From Bacilli bacterium (GTDB taxonomy: Bacteria > Bacillota_I > Bacilli_A > RFN20 > CAG-826): a DNA stretch of 64,000 bases. Numbering within the stretch: position 1 is the first letter of the stretch; each line of letters begins with the position of its first letter. Made by a program: the position numbers and the translations under genes. The notes beneath the pieces are model-generated. The model saw only the letters and a list, made by a program, of their open reading frames with translations, ran no database searches and had not been told where the DNA came from. The stretch covers positions 50,854-114,853 of the forward strand of contig JAKSVG010000001.1 of assembly GCA_024408105.1 (NCBI GenBank), read 5' to 3'. Positions 1-10,165 of the stretch are shown here, piece after piece.

Positions 1-1335
1 AACGATAAAGGGCAACCTGGCCTATCAATTTTTGGAGCAAATGGTGCAGTTGCAAAAGTTACAATTAACTGGGCAACAGGAAAAGACAAAGTTGAAAGTA
101 GTGGCGAAGCCAAATATAGAAACGAAGGTAAAAAGATTTATCTTTTTGCTGGTGAAAATGACTTACCATTTGTTGATGTTAATGATTTAAAACTTGATGC
201 ATATAAAGTTGGCAATGCAATCAAAGTATTTGAATTTGATCCAGCACATGCCTCACAAACATTTATGATGCCTGGAGGTGTTCATTATATTGGTATCAAG
301 TCAAGTGGTTCAGTTTACTTAGACTCACTTGTATGCTCATGGTCTGATGTAGATAAACCAGCAACATTAAATTCAATGACACTTTCTGGCACAGTTCACG
401 CAGAATGTAGTGCAGATGATACATGGAATTTTGAAAATGTTACCGTTAAAGGTAAACTTAGCAATACTAGAGAAGTCGATGTCACTCGCTATTGCTCATT
501 CTCTTCAACAACACCAGTACCAACTTCCCATGTTGAAGGCCATCAAGTGTCTGTGAAATCTACATATTTACCAGATACCACAAAAACCCAAACAACTGAC
601 CTTAACGGAACAGCAATCGAGGTTGCTTCAATCGAATTAAGTGGAACAGTATCATCATCTACTGGTGAAACAAGCTGGAATTTTGAAAATGTTAGAGCAA
701 TTGCCACATATAACGATAATTCAATAAGAGAAATTACAGATGAATGTGACTTCTCATCAACAACACCTATTCCATTAACTCCAGTGGCAGAAATGGATGT
801 TGTCGTAAATGCTCAATGGCAAAAAGACGTCTCTAAGACAGGATCAGCTACACTTAAAGGAAGTGTAGAACAATCTTATCCAACAGCTGCAAGCTGGGCA
901 TATCCTGAAGTTGCAACAGGTGGCGATTTCACAAAAACTAATCTAAAAAATGACACAACAAATAAGTGTGTTACAGAAAATAGTGCAGTCGATGCAGTTG
1001 GATATATTCAAGTATTAAATGGAACTGAAGAAATTATGAACGCCAAATCTGCAACACTAACAGCATTAATAGGTGCCGGAAGTGCAAAAGAGTTTACCTC
1101 AGAAGATTATTACGTTAAAGCATCTTTACTTGACGCTAGTGGAAACGAAATAACTAATACAACAAAAGTTCTTGCAGCATCATTAGTAAAAGAAGCAACA
1201 GAATACACTGTAATATACAGTGAGCAAGAGTTATCAGGGCTAGATGTTTACGGTGTTAGAATCTCTCATAAAAAAGTTTCAGGTTATAACATTAGATTAT
1301 TCAGTTTCGAATTAAAATACGATCCAGCAGAATAA
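1..1335 (+). CDS. 3' part of a large secreted/surface protein with tandem Ig-like repeat modules (5' end lies outside the window)
   Basis: Frame 1 is open from nt 1, with no stop before the listed Met at 265, through to TAA at 1333-1335. Two internal repeats of about 85 aa share LSGTV..WNFENV..C.FSSTTP.P. The protein is Thr/Ser-rich with no catalytic motif. A strong terminator follows. Confidence 0.6.
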   Translation, partial: NDKGQPGLSIFGANGAVAKVTINWATGKDKVESSGEAKYRNEGKKIYLFAGENDLPFVDVNDLKLDAYKVGNAIKVFEFDPAHASQTFMMPGGVHYIGIKSSGSVYLDSLVCSWSDVDKPATLNSMTLSGTVHAECSADDTWNFENVTVKGKLSNTREVDVTRYCSFSSTTPVPTSHVEGHQVSVKSTYLPDTTKTQTTDLNGTAIEVASIELSGTVSSSTGETSWNFENVRAIATYNDNSIREITDECDFSSTTPIPLTPVAEMDVVVNAQWQKDVSKTGSATLKGSVEQSYPTAASWAYPEVATGGDFTKTNLKNDTTNKCVTENSAVDAVGYIQVLNGTEEIMNAKSATLTALIGAGSAKEFTSEDYYVKASLLDASGNEITNTTKVLAASLVKEATEYTVIYSEQELSGLDVYGVRISHKKVSGYNIRLFSFELKYDPAE

Positions 1336-1356
1336 TTGTAATATCATTAAATATCA

Positions 1357-1390
1357 ACGCTTATAGATTCGTCTATAGGCGTTTTTATTT
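1357..1390 (+). terminator. intrinsic terminator after the surface-protein gene
   Basis: 11-bp stem (ACGCTTATAGA/TCTATAGGCGT with one G-U pair), 4-nt loop, then TTTTTATTTT. Confidence 0.85.
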
Positions 1391-1415
1391 TAATTTAAAT
1401 AAAGTGGAGTATAAT

Positions 1416-3638
1416 ATGTTCAATATGTCAAACGATGCTATTCAAGAAAAAGTTAAAAATAGTAAATTACATTCATTCGATGATGTAAAAGAACTTTTCT
1501 ATGCCTACATCACAAACCAAGAATCACGTAAACTTGTCGAAGATGCATACGAATTAGCAAAAGAAAAACACAAAACTCAATTTCGTAGAAGCGGCGAACC
1601 ATACATTCATCATTTAATTGAGGTTTGTTATATCCTTGCCACTTTAAACTGCGGTCCGACGACATTGGCTGCCGGTCTTTTGCACGATATTATCGAAGAT
1701 ACAGATACTTCTTTAGAAGAAATTAAAAATGCGTTTGGAAAAGAGGTTTGTTCAATTGTTAATTCTTTAACAAAAATCCAAAGAATGAAATTGTCTCATC
1801 GACCTGAAGATGAATTTGTAGCCGAAGATCATCGAAAAATATTTTTAGGAATGGCAAAAGATGTCCGCGTCATTGTCATTAAATTGGCAGATAGACTTCA
1901 TAATATGAGGACATTAGATTCTTTGCCTCCTCATAGGCAATTAGCATTAGCTAAAGAAACGTTAGAAGTTTTTACTCCAATTGCGCATAGATTAGGTATT
2001 AATACCATCAAAACTGAACTCGAAGATCTATCCATAAAATATCTTGAACCAGAAAAATATCAAGTTGTTGTAGATTTAGTTAACCGAAAAATAAAATATG
2101 GTCAAAAATCCTTGGACTCATTTACAAAAAGAATTGTCGGCATCTTGATGGAGAAAAACATTCCTTTTGAATTGGAATCAAGAGTTAAATCAATCTATTC
2201 TATTTATAGAAAAATTTACTTAAAAAACCACAAGCCAGAGGAAATTTATGATTTGCTCGCTATTAGAATAATTACTCATACAGAGTTAGAGTGTTACGAG
2301 ATTCTCGGAATCATTCATGCAACTTATACTCCTCTACCTGGGAGATTTAAAGACTACATCGCTGTTCCTAAACCGAATATGTATCAATCTCTACATACAT
2401 GCATAATTTCTGGAGATGGTAATATTTTCGAAGTTCAAATAAGAACCAAGGAAATGGATGAAATTGCTGAAAGTGGTATCGCAGCTCACTGGAGATATAA
2501 AGAGGGAACAAATTACAACCCAAAACAAGAGCAAAAAGAAATTGAAGAAAAATTGCATTGGCTCAAAGATTTGGTGAATTTATCAGAAAACGAAGAAACA
2601 TCTGACGCTAAAGAATATATGAATTCTTTATCTCACGATATTTTTGAAGCAAACGTTTATTGCTTTACACCTAAAGGAAAAGTCATTGATCTTCCAGCAG
2701 GGTCAACTCCTATCGATTTTGCTTACAAGATTCACACGGGTGTTGCTGAAAAAATGGTTGGAGCCATAATAAATAATCAAATGGTGCCTCTAACCACAGT
2801 TCTAAAAACAGGTGATATTGTTGAAATAAAGACTTCTAAAACTTCACTTGGACCTAATGAAGACTGGCTAAAAATAGCCACAACATCATTTGCGAAATCC
2901 CATATTAGAAAATTCTTATCGAAAAAGAATGCTAACTTTGTTAAAGATGAAAAAATAACTCGTGGCAAACAGGCTTGTTTGGAAGCATTTAAGAACATTG
3001 GATTCGGCGAATCACAAACATTCCAATATATAGAAAAACCAGAAGTGCTAAGTCATTTTGGTTTTGATGAAGTGGATGATTTATATGTTGCTATTTCGAA
3101 TAAAAATCCTATTCCTGCAGCAATAATCGATTTCTTAGGAATTAGACCTAAAGAAGAAATCAGATTAGACAAAAAAGAGCGATTTGAAAATGATGGTTGC
3201 CCAGTTTATGTTAACGGAGCAAGCAAAATAGCAATTAATCTTGCACCATGCTGTACGCCTATTCCAGGAGACGAAATTGTTGGCTATATTACCAAAGGTA
3301 AAGGAATAACTGTTCATAGAAAAGATTGCCCAAATATTATTAATGAAAAACAAAGATTAATCGAGGTATTTTGGAAGCCAAATCTTGAAAAGGGGAATTA
3401 TCCTGTTGATATTAGGATAACATGCAATGATAGGCAAAATCTTCTTACTGATGTGATGAATGTTCTAAATCAAAATGGAATCCCTGTAACTGCAATCAAT
3501 GCACACCTGCATACATCAACAATGGAAACAGTGATAAATGTCACAATATATGTGAGTGATTCAGAAAGATTGCAAGATATATTTAACATATTAAAAAATG
3601 TTAAAAATGTTAATCAATTGGAAAGATTGATTCATTAG
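1416..3638 (+). CDS. relA: bifunctional (p)ppGpp synthetase/hydrolase Rel (RSH family)
   Basis: HD hydrolase motifs (HHLIEV, LLHDIIEDT), synthetase motif (RFKDYIAVPKPNMYQSLHT), and TGS and C-terminal ACT-like regions. A GGAG SD lies 7 nt before ATG 1416. The ORF-track start at 1404 is a GTG inside the SD. Confidence 0.95.
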   Translation: MFNMSNDAIQEKVKNSKLHSFDDVKELFYAYITNQESRKLVEDAYELAKEKHKTQFRRSGEPYIHHLIEVCYILATLNCGPTTLAAGLLHDIIEDTDTSLEEIKNAFGKEVCSIVNSLTKIQRMKLSHRPEDEFVAEDHRKIFLGMAKDVRVIVIKLADRLHNMRTLDSLPPHRQLALAKETLEVFTPIAHRLGINTIKTELEDLSIKYLEPEKYQVVVDLVNRKIKYGQKSLDSFTKRIVGILMEKNIPFELESRVKSIYSIYRKIYLKNHKPEEIYDLLAIRIITHTELECYEILGIIHATYTPLPGRFKDYIAVPKPNMYQSLHTCIISGDGNIFEVQIRTKEMDEIAESGIAAHWRYKEGTNYNPKQEQKEIEEKLHWLKDLVNLSENEETSDAKEYMNSLSHDIFEANVYCFTPKGKVIDLPAGSTPIDFAYKIHTGVAEKMVGAIINNQMVPLTTVLKTGDIVEIKTSKTSLGPNEDWLKIATTSFAKSHIRKFLSKKNANFVKDEKITRGKQACLEAFKNIGFGESQTFQYIEKPEVLSHFGFDEVDDLYVAISNKNPIPAAIIDFLGIRPKEEIRLDKKERFENDGCPVYVNGASKIAINLAPCCTPIPGDEIVGYITKGKGITVHRKDCPNIINEKQRLIEVFWKPNLEKGNYPVDIRITCNDRQNLLTDVMNVLNQNGIPVTAINAHLHTSTMETVINVTIYVSDSERLQDIFNILKNVKNVNQLERLIH

Positions 3639-3652
3639 TATTGTTAGACAAA

Positions 3653-3681
3653 AGTTATCTTTTAATAGGTAACTTTTTTTA
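3653..3681 (+). terminator. intrinsic terminator after relA
   Basis: 7-bp stem (AGTTATC/GGTAACT with one G-U pair), 8-nt loop, then a T7 run. Confidence 0.6.
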
Positions 3682-3762
3682 TTTTTAATTTCAAAATGCT
3701 ATGTATTGAATTTATACATAATAAAATGTATAATACAAAAGATTAGAAACGGAGATTTTCGT

Positions 3763-5064
3763 ATGGCTATAAATCCTGTCAAAGGCACACATGATATCAT
3801 CGCAGACGAAGCGAATACCTATTCTGGCATCGAATATGATTGCCGAATATTAGCTGAATTATTTGGATATTCAGAAATTAGAACACCTATCATTGAACAT
3901 ACTCCATTGTTTTTAAGATCGGTTGGTGAATCAAGCGATATTGTTACAAAAGAAATGTATACATTCGATGATAAAGGCGGTCGTTCATTAACATTACGTC
4001 CAGAAATGACTGCTGGTGTCATGAGAAGTGTGGTAAGTAACAAGTTATATGCAACTAATGACTTGCCATTAAAGTATTTCTATATTGGTCCATGCTTTAG
4101 GTATGAAAGGCCGCAAGCAGGGCGATATAGACAATTCCATCAATTTGGTGTTGAAGCAATAGGTTCAACCTCCTATCTTCAAGATGTAGAAGTTATAACC
4201 TTGGGAAAAAGAGTGCTTGATTCATTAGGAATTGACAAAGTCAAAGTCTTAATAAACTCCCTTGGTGATGAAGAATCTAGAGAGAATTATAGGGCAGCAT
4301 TAAAAGAGTACTTCAGTAAGCATATTGATTGCATGTGTGAAGATTGCAAGCGCAGGCTTGAAGTCAATCCACTTCGCATTTTAGATTGCAAAGTTCCTGA
4401 AGATAGAAAAATAATCGAAGGAGCGCCAAAGATTCATGATTATTTAAGTGATGTTGCTCGTGGACATTTTGATAATGTTGTAGACATGCTTAAAAAAGTA
4501 GGCATCGATGTTGAAATTGATGATACGCTTGTGCGCGGTCTAGATTACTACACTGGCATTGTGTTTGAGTATCATATGAATGACTCTGATGATGTTGGAG
4601 CTATCGGCGGTGGAGGCCACTATAAAAATCTCTTAAAAGAGGTTGGTGGACCAGATCTTGAAGGTGTTGGGTTATCGTTTGGAATTGAACGTTTATACTA
4701 TGTATACAATAAAGTTAATGCTGGTGAGGAAATGTTTGTTAACGGTCCAGACTTCTATTTAATGGGCATGGATGCACACGCAATAGAACTCAACTTTACA
4801 TTAGCAAATATTCTTCGTATGAACGGATACGCAGTTGAAATGAACTACGAAAATAAATCATTTAAATCTTTATTTAAGATTGCAGAACATAAACATTCAA
4901 AATTTGCAATTATCGTTGGTGAAGATGAAATCAGAAACGGAACCTTGACAGTAAAGAATTTAAATACTCAAGAACAAACAACTGTAAAAACTGATGATAT
5001 GTTGCTTGTCTTTAAATCTATGCTCGAAGATTATATGCGTGATTTACGTAAGGAGGCAAAATAA
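3763..5064 (+). CDS. hisS: histidyl-tRNA synthetase
   Basis: Class II motifs RPEMTAGVMR and FRYERPQAGRYRQFHQFG, plus GGGGHY. GGAG SD before ATG 3763. The 19-codon N-terminal extension in the ORF track has no SD. Confidence 0.95.
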   Translation: MAINPVKGTHDIIADEANTYSGIEYDCRILAELFGYSEIRTPIIEHTPLFLRSVGESSDIVTKEMYTFDDKGGRSLTLRPEMTAGVMRSVVSNKLYATNDLPLKYFYIGPCFRYERPQAGRYRQFHQFGVEAIGSTSYLQDVEVITLGKRVLDSLGIDKVKVLINSLGDEESRENYRAALKEYFSKHIDCMCEDCKRRLEVNPLRILDCKVPEDRKIIEGAPKIHDYLSDVARGHFDNVVDMLKKVGIDVEIDDTLVRGLDYYTGIVFEYHMNDSDDVGAIGGGGHYKNLLKEVGGPDLEGVGLSFGIERLYYVYNKVNAGEEMFVNGPDFYLMGMDAHAIELNFTLANILRMNGYAVEMNYENKSFKSLFKIAEHKHSKFAIIVGEDEIRNGTLTVKNLNTQEQTTVKTDDMLLVFKSMLEDYMRDLRKEAK

Positions 5065-6788
5065 TGGAAAGAACTTGTTATAACACCGATTTATCACTTA
5101 GTGATGTTGGACGAAAAGTTACATTGGTTGGATGGGTAAGCAAAAGACGAAATCTAGGAAGCTTATTGTTCATTGATTTACGCGACAGAAGTGGAATCAT
5201 CCAAATCGTTGTTAATGAAGATGTTAAAATTCCTGACGTCAGAAATGAATATGTTATATCTGTAAAAGGAACTGTTTCAAAAAAAGAGGTTCCAAATAAG
5301 TTATTAAAAACAGGAGAAATTGAAGTTATTGCTGAATCAATTGAAGTATTTAGCAAAGCTAAAACAACCCCGTTAATTATCGCTGATGAAACAGATGCAT
5401 TAGAAGATGTTCGTCTAAAATATAGATATCTTGACTTACGTAGACCATCGTTACAAAAGAATTTAATGAATCGTGCAAAAATTGTAAGAATTGCACATGA
5501 ATATTTTGATAACAATGGTTTTATTGAAGTAGAAACACCGTGTTTAACTCTATCAACCCCTGAGGGTGCAAGAGATTACTTGGTTCCTTCAAGAATCAAT
5601 CACGGAAGTTTTTTCGCACTTCCTCAATCACCTCAGTTATTTAAGCAATTGCTTATGATTGGAGGGTTCGAACGTTACTATCAAATCGCAAGATGCTTTA
5701 GAGATGAGGATTTAAGGCAAGATAGGCAACCAGAATTTACTCAAATCGATCTAGAAATGTCATTCCTTGATCAAGATCAAATCCTAACAATTATGGAAGG
5801 ATTCCTAAAAAAAGTTTTTAAAGAAACAGTTGGTTATGAACTTAAAACTCCTTTGAGGAGAATGACTTATGCTGAAGCAGTTAACGATTATGGCTCTGAT
5901 AAGCCAGATACTCGGTTCGACTTAAAATTAATTGATGTAAAAGGCATTTTGTCACAAAGCGATTTTGTTGGATATAAAGATGCTTTAATGATTAAAGCAA
6001 TTGTTATTCCTAATGTTGCTGAATCCACATCAAGAAAAGTCATTGATGGTTTGAATCTTGAAGCTAAGAAATTCGGGTTATCCGGAATTGGCGTTTACAA
6101 GGTTAACGGAAACTCATTGGATGGTTCATTAACAAAATTTGTTAACGCTGATATCCAAAAATCCCTTATTGAAAAAGTTAACGCAAAAACAAACGATATT
6201 ATTCTTGTTGCAAGCGGCAAGCCTGAACAAGTTAATTTTGGTTTAGGTGCTTTACGTAGTAAATATGGCCACGAATTGGGCTATGTAAAGCCAAACACAT
6301 ATGATTTATTATGGGTTGTCGATTTTCCATTATTTGAAAAAGACATTCACGACGGATCATATAAACCGTTACATCACCCATTCACAAGGCCAACACCAGA
6401 AACGGCTCAATACCTTAATTCTGATCCAAGCAAATGTTTATCAGCTGCTTATGATATTGTGATTAATGGTTATGAAGCTGGTGGTGGTTCACTAAGAATT
6501 TACAATCAAGATATGCAAAAGAAAATATTTGAAATTCTAGGCTTCACCAGTGAAGATATCAATCGTAAATTTGGCTATTTCGTGGGGGCATTTGAATACG
6601 GAACTCCTCCTCACGGCGGAATAGCGTTTGGTTTAGAAAGATTGTCGATGATTATTTGTGGCACAGATAATATTCGAGATGTCATTGCTTTCCCTAAGAA
6701 TCTTAAAGCAAGCTGCCCAATGAGTAGTGCGCCACAGCAAGTTGATGAACAACAACTAATAGATTTGGGAATAAAAGTTGATAAATAA
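5064..6788 (+). CDS. aspS: aspartyl-tRNA synthetase
   Basis: Motifs FFALPQSPQLFKQLLM, QIARCFRDEDLRQDRQPEFTQID, GGGSLRI and PPHGGIAFGLERL. AAGGAGG SD. TAATG overlap with hisS. Confidence 0.97.
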   Translation: MERTCYNTDLSLSDVGRKVTLVGWVSKRRNLGSLLFIDLRDRSGIIQIVVNEDVKIPDVRNEYVISVKGTVSKKEVPNKLLKTGEIEVIAESIEVFSKAKTTPLIIADETDALEDVRLKYRYLDLRRPSLQKNLMNRAKIVRIAHEYFDNNGFIEVETPCLTLSTPEGARDYLVPSRINHGSFFALPQSPQLFKQLLMIGGFERYYQIARCFRDEDLRQDRQPEFTQIDLEMSFLDQDQILTIMEGFLKKVFKETVGYELKTPLRRMTYAEAVNDYGSDKPDTRFDLKLIDVKGILSQSDFVGYKDALMIKAIVIPNVAESTSRKVIDGLNLEAKKFGLSGIGVYKVNGNSLDGSLTKFVNADIQKSLIEKVNAKTNDIILVASGKPEQVNFGLGALRSKYGHELGYVKPNTYDLLWVVDFPLFEKDIHDGSYKPLHHPFTRPTPETAQYLNSDPSKCLSAAYDIVINGYEAGGGSLRIYNQDMQKKIFEILGFTSEDINRKFGYFVGAFEYGTPPHGGIAFGLERLSMIICGTDNIRDVIAFPKNLKASCPMSSAPQQVDEQQLIDLGIKVDK

Positions 6789-6815
6789 TTTATTAATAAA
6801 TTAAGGAGAAATATT

Positions 6816-8786
6816 ATGAATCAAAAAGAATTAGACAAATTAGCAGTTAGCGCAATTAGAGCGACATGTATTGATGTAGTAAATAAAGCAAAATCAGGGC
6901 ACCCAGGAATGGCACTTGGTAGTGCTCCAATACTTTACACACTATTCAGTAAACATCTAGTTGCAAACCCAAAAGATCCTTTATGGATTAATCGTGATCG
7001 TTTCATTTTGTCTGCAGGTCATGCAAGTTCATTGCTTTACACAATGCTTCATGTATCAGGATACAGAGTATCACTTGATGATTTAAAATCATTTAGACAA
7101 CTCGGTTCTCTTACACCTGGACACCCTGAATATAAGCATACTGAAGGTGTGGACGCAACAAGTGGACCATTAGGGCAAGGCATTGCACAAGCAGTAGGTG
7201 TCGCTATGGCAGAAAGAGCAACAGCTGCTCAATACAAAGACGGAGAAAAGTTAATTAACCATTACACATACGCTTTATGCGGTGACGGTTGCTTGCAAGA
7301 AGGTTTGTCACAAGAAGCAATTTCTCTTGCTGGTCATCATAGGTTAAATAAGTTAATTCTTATTTATGATTCAAACAATGTTACTCTTGATGGAGGACTT
7401 GATCTTTCCTTCTCTGAAGATGTTAAACATAGATTTCTTGCTTCTGGATGGGATGTTTTAGAAGTTAATGATGGCAACGATATCGAAGCAATCGATAAAG
7501 CTATTACGAAAGCGAAAGATAGCAAAGATAAACCAACATTAATAATCGTAAAAACTGTAATTGGTTACGGAAGCGAAAAACAAGGCACTTCAAAAGTCCA
7601 TGGTAACCCACTCGGTGAAGAAGACGGCGCACATGCAAAAGCATTCTATGGCTATAATTACCCAGCATTCACAATTCCTGAAGAAGTTTATAACTACTTC
7701 AAAGATACATTTGCTAAACGTGGTGAAAAAGCAGAAGAATCATGGAAGAAAGTTTATGATAGCTATGCTAAAGCTCACAAAGATGAAATTAAAGTCTTTG
7801 AGGACGCATTCACAGGCAATGTTTCATCATATGTTGGAAAAGAGCCAGAATTTGCCGCTGACAATGCAGATTCAAGCCGTGTCGCAAGTGGTAAGGCTTT
7901 AAATGATTTACATAGTAAAGTTCCATTCTTAATGGGTGGTAGTGCCGACGTCGCTGGATCAGTTATGACAAAAATTACTGATGGTGTAAATTTCACAAAA
8001 GAAACACCTTCTGGAAGAAATATTAATTTCGGTATTCGTGAATTTGCAATGGCAGCTGCTCAAAACGGTATGTTACTCCACGGAGGCGTAAAAACATACG
8101 TTGGAGCATTCTTAGTATTTGCTGATTATATGAAAGCCGCTATAAGAATGGCTGCATTAAGCAAACTTCCAGCATTTTATTTGTTCTCTCATGATAGCAT
8201 TGCAGTTGGAGAAGACGGTCCAACACATCAGCCTATTGAAACATTGGCTATGCTTAGAAGCATACCAAATGTCAATGTGATTCGCCCATGCGACTCACGC
8301 GAAACATATGCAGCATGGAAAATCGCTTTAGAAAGCAAGGAAACTCCAACAGCTTTAATTCTTTCAAGACAAAATCTACCTTTACTAAATTCATCATATT
8401 CTGATGTTTCTAAAGGTGCTTATATAATAAGCAAGGAATCAAAAAAGCTTGATGCAATCTTAGTTGCAACAGGCAGCGAAGTATCTTTAGCGATTAGTGC
8501 ACAAAAGATTCTTTTTGAAAAAGGACTTGATGTTAGAGTTGTTTCCATGCCATCGACATTCTTATTTGATAAACAATCTGAAGAATATAAGCACAAAGTG
8601 TTATCGTTATCAAAAGACAAAATTATTTCAGTCGAAATGTTATCAACATTTGGTTGGCATAAATATGCAAATCATACATATGGCATAGATACATTTGGAA
8701 CAAGCGCTCCAGCAAAAGATGCAATTAAATCGTTCCATTTCATGCCAGAAGATTTAGCTGATTTTGTAATGAAATCAATTAAGTAG
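6816..8786 (+). CDS. tkt: transketolase
   Basis: TPP-binding motifs SGHPGMALGSAP and GDGCLQEG, a 656-aa full-length architecture, and an AAGGAGA SD. Confidence 0.95.
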   Translation: MNQKELDKLAVSAIRATCIDVVNKAKSGHPGMALGSAPILYTLFSKHLVANPKDPLWINRDRFILSAGHASSLLYTMLHVSGYRVSLDDLKSFRQLGSLTPGHPEYKHTEGVDATSGPLGQGIAQAVGVAMAERATAAQYKDGEKLINHYTYALCGDGCLQEGLSQEAISLAGHHRLNKLILIYDSNNVTLDGGLDLSFSEDVKHRFLASGWDVLEVNDGNDIEAIDKAITKAKDSKDKPTLIIVKTVIGYGSEKQGTSKVHGNPLGEEDGAHAKAFYGYNYPAFTIPEEVYNYFKDTFAKRGEKAEESWKKVYDSYAKAHKDEIKVFEDAFTGNVSSYVGKEPEFAADNADSSRVASGKALNDLHSKVPFLMGGSADVAGSVMTKITDGVNFTKETPSGRNINFGIREFAMAAAQNGMLLHGGVKTYVGAFLVFADYMKAAIRMAALSKLPAFYLFSHDSIAVGEDGPTHQPIETLAMLRSIPNVNVIRPCDSRETYAAWKIALESKETPTALILSRQNLPLLNSSYSDVSKGAYIISKESKKLDAILVATGSEVSLAISAQKILFEKGLDVRVVSMPSTFLFDKQSEEYKHKVLSLSKDKIISVEMLSTFGWHKYANHTYGIDTFGTSAPAKDAIKSFHFMPEDLADFVMKSIK

Positions 8787-8795
8787 GTAAAAATA

Positions 8796-9140
8796 ATGTC
8801 TGACTATGTCAAAGTAAAAAACTATGCAAAAGATGGCGATATCGCTATATCTCGCAGAGTTTTTGAAGAGCTTGCAACAGAAGCAGCCAATCGTGTTATT
8901 GGCGCAGAAGTAAGCAAAGTAAAATCAAAAAATAAAATTCTTGTTAAACTTTACCGTCCGACGAAAGTAACATTTAGAAGTGACGGAAAGGTTGAAATTA
9001 GAATTTCAATCACCATAGCAAAAGGAGCGAATGCTAACGAAGTGTGTTTAAAAATTCAAGAAGAGGTTGCTCAATCGCTTTTGTTCTACACAGAAAGCGT
9101 TCCTTTCGACATTGAAATTAAAGTAGATTCTATTGCCTAA
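8796..9140 (+). CDS. Asp23/Gls24 (alkaline shock protein, DUF322) family protein
   Basis: 114 aa with the N-terminal pattern typical of Asp23 proteins (IAISRRVFEELATEAANRVIG). It sits upstream of nusB, as yqhY does in Bacillus. Confidence 0.75.
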   Translation: MSDYVKVKNYAKDGDIAISRRVFEELATEAANRVIGAEVSKVKSKNKILVKLYRPTKVTFRSDGKVEIRISITIAKGANANEVCLKIQEEVAQSLLFYTESVPFDIEIKVDSIA

Positions 9141-9141
9141 T

Positions 9142-9750
9142 ATGAAAAAAGCAAAACGTCAAAAACACCAAATCACTTATAGTGAAGCCCATAATAAAGC
9201 GGTGAAGATGTATCAAAGAAGTGCAATCTTCCTCCTTTGGGCTGGAGTTGTAAACGTTTTTGCTATCGTAATAGGGGTAATTCAACTTGCTGCAAATTCA
9301 TTAGCAACTCAAGTTCAATTCCCTTGGCCAACATCAGGGTTCGCAATGAGTTTTAGCGTACAAATATTATTAAACAGCGTAATGATAAAATCATTAGATT
9401 CATTAGCTGCTGATATTTTAATGATTATAATCGGCCTTGTCTTAGGAGGACTTTTTGCTGCGCTAGGATTTTTCGCATCAAAAGGAAAACGTTGGGTTCT
9501 TCTGCTCGGCACCGCTTTGTATGCAATAGACTTTGGAATAATGTTTTTTGTTTATGAATCAGGCTTTGTTGCAAGACTATGGACAAACTATGCATTTACT
9601 CTAGTAACTCATATCGTCGTTTTAGTTGCATGTATTGTGGCAATAGTTGAATACTATAACGTTATTCATATTGAAAAAGTGTTTAAGGGCAATAAAGCTC
9701 TGAAATTAGATGAAGAAGTAGAAGGTGAGGTAATTGCTCGTGGAAAATAA
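9142..9750 (+). CDS. uncharacterised polytopic membrane protein (about 5 TM segments)
   Basis: ATG 9142 lies 1 nt after the Asp23 stop; the ORF-track start at 9133 is TTG. Basic N-terminus (MKKAKRQKHQ) followed by 4-5 hydrophobic segments. I recognise no motif. Confidence 0.6.
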   Translation: MKKAKRQKHQITYSEAHNKAVKMYQRSAIFLLWAGVVNVFAIVIGVIQLAANSLATQVQFPWPTSGFAMSFSVQILLNSVMIKSLDSLAADILMIIIGLVLGGLFAALGFFASKGKRWVLLLGTALYAIDFGIMFFVYESGFVARLWTNYAFTLVTHIVVLVACIVAIVEYYNVIHIEKVFKGNKALKLDEEVEGEVIARGK

Positions 9751-10165
9751 TTTATCAAGAAATAAACAGCATGAATTGAATACTATTTGCATCTATGATG
9801 CATTAACATACGTCTATTCCGGTCAAGAATTTTCTGTTGAAGAAATTATGTCATCCATATTTGAAAAAGAATATGTTGAAATACCTTCTTTCGATAAGGA
9901 AGTTGTTATAAAATCTCTTACCCATTTAGACGAAATTATTTCCATTTTTCAAGAAAAAATGCCCAAAATGTCTTTTGATAGGTTAAATTTACTTGAAAGA
10001 TCGATTCTAATTATGAGCTATACAAATTTTAAATTTGTTGGCGGGGTTGATAAAAGAGTTGTTATCGATACTGCAATAAAATTATCAAAAAAATATTTAG
10101 GAACAGACTATTCTGGCAAGGACGACTATAAATTTGTGAACGCAATATTGGATAATGTTTTATGA
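9734..10165 (+). CDS. nusB: transcription antitermination factor NusB
   Basis: The C-terminal region LERSILIMSYTNF...VVIDTAIKLSKKY...KFVNAILDNV matches the NusB pattern. The start is uncertain (TTG 9734 or GTG 9740 after GGTGAGG). ATGA overlap with xseA. Confidence 0.8.
   Translation: MLVENNLSRNKQHELNTICIYDALTYVYSGQEFSVEEIMSSIFEKEYVEIPSFDKEVVIKSLTHLDEIISIFQEKMPKMSFDRLNLLERSILIMSYTNFKFVGGVDKRVVIDTAIKLSKKYLGTDYSGKDDYKFVNAILDNVL

Noticed and set aside
3639-3762. T-box leaders or other riboswitches upstream of hisS-aspS (3639-3762), glyQS (39665-39744) and the ABC importer.
   Set aside because: The leaders are only about 80-125 nt, and there is no T-box sequence (AGGGTGGTACCGCG-like) or specifier stem. 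The glyQS region contains just a consensus promoter, and the importer is directly coupled to deoB.
5078-5515. Long antisense or alternative-frame ORFs in the track: 5078-5515(-), 7561-7902(+), 10488-10829(-), 15759-16052(+), 17808-18134(-), 28061-28387(+), 42759-43145(+), 47060-47380(+) and others.
   Set aside because: All lie wholly inside strongly supported conserved genes. They have low-complexity or hydrophobic mirror-image compositions and lack SD sequences and recognisable motifs. I treat them as shadow ORFs.
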